Shown one piece after another: positions 28,985-32,000 of a DNA stretch of 32,000 bases. Below the pieces are notes generated by a model, which searched no databases, was not told the origin of the DNA, and was given only the letters and a program-made list of their open reading frames with translations. Position numbers and translations under genes: made by a program. The stretch spans positions 2,100,001 through 2,132,000 of the forward strand of contig NC_008789.1 in the NCBI RefSeq assembly GCF_000015585.1, given 5' to 3'. The number at the start of each line of letters is the position of its first letter. The first letter of the stretch is position 1. This DNA is from Halorhodospira halophila SL1. GTDB lineage: Bacteria; Pseudomonadota; Gammaproteobacteria; Nitrococcales; Halorhodospiraceae.

Positions 28985-29017
28985 GACCCCGGGGCCTCGG
29001 GCTCCGGGGTCTTTTTT
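28985..29017 (+). terminator. Rho-independent terminator after the yhcB-like gene
   Basis: Perfect 8-bp stem gaccccgg/ccggggtc (28985-28992 and 29004-29011) with an 11-nt loop, followed by TTTTTT (29012-29017). Confidence 0.75.
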
Positions 29018-29146
29018 ATGGGCACGATTCGACTCTGACTTATTCCACTTCTTATCTCTTTCGAGATATAGCACCCCGCCGAGTATCCGCCATCCTTGCC
29101 GAAAAGGCGGACATTTTGTCGCACCCAAGGAGGTAGGAGACCGGCC

Positions 29147-30358
29147 ATGCTCGATACGCTCAAGACCGCCTGGACCCCCGCCGTCGCCTGGGAGCAGCTG
29201 CTCGGCGGCGGACCGCTGTTCATCCTGGACGTGCGCAACCCCGACGAGTTCGAGCGCTGGCGCGTCGAGGGCCCGCACGATACCCCGACGCTCAACGCCC
29301 CCTACTTCGAGCTGCTCGACCTCGACGACGAGGACGAAGACGTGAATGCCGCCGTTCTCCGGGGCGTTCGACAGCAGCTGACCCACCAACTCCCCAATGA
29401 CCGCACCATCCTGACGGTCTGCGGCGAGGGCCACACCTCGGAGCACCTGGCCGATGGCCTGCGCGAACTCGGCTACCCGGCCCTGAACCTCGAGGGCGGC
29501 ATGGAGGCCTGGGGCGACTTCTACTACCACCGGGTGGTGGGTAACCACGAACGCTACACCGTCTACCAAGTAGTCCGCCCCGCCCGCGGTGATCTCAGCC
29601 ACGTGGTCATCAGCGACGGAGAGGCCGCCGTCGTCGACCCGAACCGCCACGTGGAGGTCTACGAGGAGCTGGTCCACGCACGGGGCGCACGCATCACTCA
29701 GGTTCTGGATACCCACGCCCACGCCGACCACATCAGCGGCGGCCCGGAGCTGGCCCGACGCCACCGCGTGCCGTACTACCTGCACCCCTACGACGCCATC
29801 CACCCCATGGACATGCTGCCGGCACGCATCGACTTCGCGCCGCTCTACGCTGAACAGCACGTACCCGTCGGCGGGATCACCCTGCGCGCCCTGCACGTCC
29901 CCGGCCACACCCTGGGCATGGTCGCCTTCCTGGTGGACGGCCAGTACCTGATCGCCGGGGACAGCATCTTCCTGGAGTCCATCGCCCGGCCCGACCTCGG
30001 CGGTGCCGCCGAGGCGTGGACACCGCTCTTCCACGAGTCCCTCCAGCGCCTGCTGGCCCTGACCGAGGACACGGTGGTCCTGCCCGGTCACGCCACCGAC
30101 GCCGGCATCGCCGACGAACGCGGGCGCTTCAGCGCCGAGCTCGGCGCCCTGCACCGCAGCAACCCCGGTCTCCGCCAGGTCGATGCCGGCCTGGAGTCGT
30201 TCCGCAGCTACATCCTCGGCAGCCTGCCCCACTTCCCCGAGGCGTATATCGAGATCAAACGGGTGAACATCGGCCTCGCCCACCCCGACGAGACCGAAGC
30301 CCGGCGCCTGGAGGTGGGGAAGAACGTCTGTGCCCTGAGCGAGGCCGCGGCCGCCTGA
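29147..30358 (+). CDS. Rhodanese domain fused to an MBL-fold metallo-hydrolase (persulfide-dioxygenase/ETHE1-like)
   Basis: Start at the ATG at 29147 (GGAG SD). The rhodanese part has LDVRNPDEF and the active-site loop VCGEGHTS. The MBL part has LDTHAHADHISGG, HVPGHTLG and VLPGH. Confidence 0.8.
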   Translation: MLDTLKTAWTPAVAWEQLLGGGPLFILDVRNPDEFERWRVEGPHDTPTLNAPYFELLDLDDEDEDVNAAVLRGVRQQLTHQLPNDRTILTVCGEGHTSEHLADGLRELGYPALNLEGGMEAWGDFYYHRVVGNHERYTVYQVVRPARGDLSHVVISDGEAAVVDPNRHVEVYEELVHARGARITQVLDTHAHADHISGGPELARRHRVPYYLHPYDAIHPMDMLPARIDFAPLYAEQHVPVGGITLRALHVPGHTLGMVAFLVDGQYLIAGDSIFLESIARPDLGGAAEAWTPLFHESLQRLLALTEDTVVLPGHATDAGIADERGRFSAELGALHRSNPGLRQVDAGLESFRSYILGSLPHFPEAYIEIKRVNIGLAHPDETEARRLEVGKNVCALSEAAAA

Positions 30359-30458
30359 GGGCGGCCCGGCCAACGGTACCCCGTTGGGGATATTTGCATG
30401 ACATATGCGCGCGTCATGATGGACGGCGCATCTGCAAAGACCAGCAGGGGACCCCGCG

Positions 30459-31946
30459 ATGGATCACTACCCGATCTTCCTCAACCTCCACGGCCGGCAC
30501 TGCGTGGTGATCGGCGGCAACGAGACCGCCGCGCGCAAGGGCGAAGACCTGCTCGACAGTGGCGCGATCATCACCCTGATCGCCCCGGATCTCGGCGGAG
30601 ACTGTGAGGATTTGCTGCAGCGCTACCCCGACCGGGCCCACCACCGCGCCGAGGACTACAAGCCCGGCATGGAGCAGGGGGCCGCGCTGGTGCTCAGTGC
30701 CAGCGGCCACGACGCCACCGACCGGCTGGTGTACCGGCAGTGCACCCGGCTGGGCATCCCGGTTAACACCGTGGACCGCCCCGAGTACTGCAGCTACATC
30801 ACCCCAGCGGTGGTCGACCGCTCTCCCCTACAGGTGGCCATCACCAGCGGGGGCGCCGCCCCGGTGCTGGCCCGTCAGGTGCGCAGCCAGATAGAGACGC
30901 TGCTGCCCACCGCCTACGGGCGGCTGGCCGCCCTCGCCGGGCGTCTGCGCGAGCGCGTGGCCGCCGTCCTGCCCACCGGCCGACAACGGCTGCGCTTCTG
31001 GGAGCAGGTCTTCGACGGCCCGGCCGCCGAGTCGATGCTGGCCGGACGGGAACGGGAGGCCGAACAGGCCATGCTGGAGCTACTGCGCCGGGAGCAGGCG
31101 CGCCGCGACGAGCGCGGCGAGGTCTATCTGGTCGGTGCCGGCCCCGGCGACCCCGACCTGCTGACTTTCCGCGCGCTGCGCCTGATGCAGCGGGCCGATG
31201 TGGTGCTCTACGACCACCTGGCCGCACCCGGCCTGCTGCGCCTGGTGCGCAAGGATGCCGAGCGGATCCCCGTCGGCAAGCGCCGCGGTCAGCACACCCT
31301 CCCCCAGGAGGCGATCAACGACAAGCTCATCGAACTGGCCGCCGCCGGCAAACGGGTACTGCGGCTCAAGGGCGGCGATCCGTTCATCTTCGGTCGCGGC
31401 GGCGAGGAGATCGAGGGGCTGATCGAGCACGGCATCCCCTTCCAGGTCGTGCCCGCGGTGACCGCTGCCCAGGGCGCGGCGGCCTACGCCGGCATCCCCC
31501 TGACCCACCGGGACCACGCCCAGAGCTGTCGCTTCCTGACCGGCCACCGCCGCCACGGCGCCCTGGAACTGGGCCAGTGGGCGCCGTTCCGCAGCGACGA
31601 GACGCTGGTGGTCTACATGGGGCTGACCCACCTGGAGACGGTGAGTGCCCAGCTGCAGGCGGGGGGGCTACCGCCGGACCAGCCGGCCGCCGCCGTCGAT
31701 CAGGCCACCACCCCGGCCCAGCGGGTGATCACCGCCCCCCTGGCCGAGCTGCCGGAGCGGGTCCGCACGGCCCGCCTCCAGGGCCCGGCGCTGATCGTGG
31801 TCGGCGCCACGGTCACCCTCCAGCCACAGCTGGGCTGGTACCACAGCTCCCCCAACGCCGAACCCGCCTTCCCGGAGCACGGCTGCCTGCGCGGCGAGCC
31901 GCGGCCGACCCGCCACCCGGCACCGGCAGACACCGAGCAGGCCTGA
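30459..31946 (+). CDS. cysG: Siroheme synthase (precorrin-2 dehydrogenase / sirohydrochlorin ferrochelatase / uroporphyrinogen-III C-methyltransferase)
   Basis: 495 aa. N-terminal YPIFLNLHGRHCVVIGGNETAARK (Rossmann fold). SUMT domain VYLVGAGPGDPDLLTFRALRLMQRADVVLYD and LKGGDPFIFGRGGEE. Confidence 0.9.
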   Translation: MDHYPIFLNLHGRHCVVIGGNETAARKGEDLLDSGAIITLIAPDLGGDCEDLLQRYPDRAHHRAEDYKPGMEQGAALVLSASGHDATDRLVYRQCTRLGIPVNTVDRPEYCSYITPAVVDRSPLQVAITSGGAAPVLARQVRSQIETLLPTAYGRLAALAGRLRERVAAVLPTGRQRLRFWEQVFDGPAAESMLAGREREAEQAMLELLRREQARRDERGEVYLVGAGPGDPDLLTFRALRLMQRADVVLYDHLAAPGLLRLVRKDAERIPVGKRRGQHTLPQEAINDKLIELAAAGKRVLRLKGGDPFIFGRGGEEIEGLIEHGIPFQVVPAVTAAQGAAAYAGIPLTHRDHAQSCRFLTGHRRHGALELGQWAPFRSDETLVVYMGLTHLETVSAQLQAGGLPPDQPAAAVDQATTPAQRVITAPLAELPERVRTARLQGPALIVVGATVTLQPQLGWYHSSPNAEPAFPEHGCLRGEPRPTRHPAPADTEQA

Positions 31947-32000
31947 CCCCCCGGCGGCTCCGCCGGTGCCCACCCCCAACGCAGGCACCGAAGCCCCGGA

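Noticed and set aside
28961-30373. 470-aa minus-strand ORF
   Set aside because: Antisense to the rhodanese-MBL gene, which has clear HxHxDH and rhodanese active-site motifs. This ORF also spans the AT-rich promoter region.

Overview
GC-rich proteobacterial-type chromosomal window (GC not computed) with no rRNA, tRNA, CRISPR array, transposase or integrase found. The main theme is cobalamin (B12). I read three AdoCbl riboswitches directly from the sequence, at about 2175-2392 (-), 22675-22887 (-) and 23833-24060 (+). Each has a sigma70-like promoter just upstream and a different TonB-dependent outer-membrane receptor downstream. Riboswitch b heads a roughly 7.6-kb same-strand string: btuB, PduO-type adenosyltransferase, Uma2-family nuclease-like gene, btuF, btuC, btuD, a small nicotianamine-synthase-like SAM-fold protein, and a TVP38/DedA membrane protein. 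Riboswitch c heads a receptor-cbiD pair. Other B12 genes are cbiA/cobB-cobO-cobQ (downstream of sulP-usp, with no riboswitch of their own), cobK (between the two divergent riboswitches) and cysG. The rest of the window holds an orphan ParA-like ATPase, yaiI, a tandem crcB pair, a MacAB-like adaptor/permease/ATPase efflux set, a hypothetical membrane protein, a YhcB/ZapG-like protein with a Ser/Arg-rich tail, and a rhodanese-MBL fusion. The most interesting candidates are the non-canonical cargo of the riboswitch-b operon (Uma2, NAS-like enzyme plus DedA), a btuF with an intact signal peptide but no canonical start codon, and a 66/68-identical riboswitch core present as an inverted repeat around cobK. 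Many long ORFs in the track are antisense or off-frame shadows typical of high-GC DNA and are rejected.
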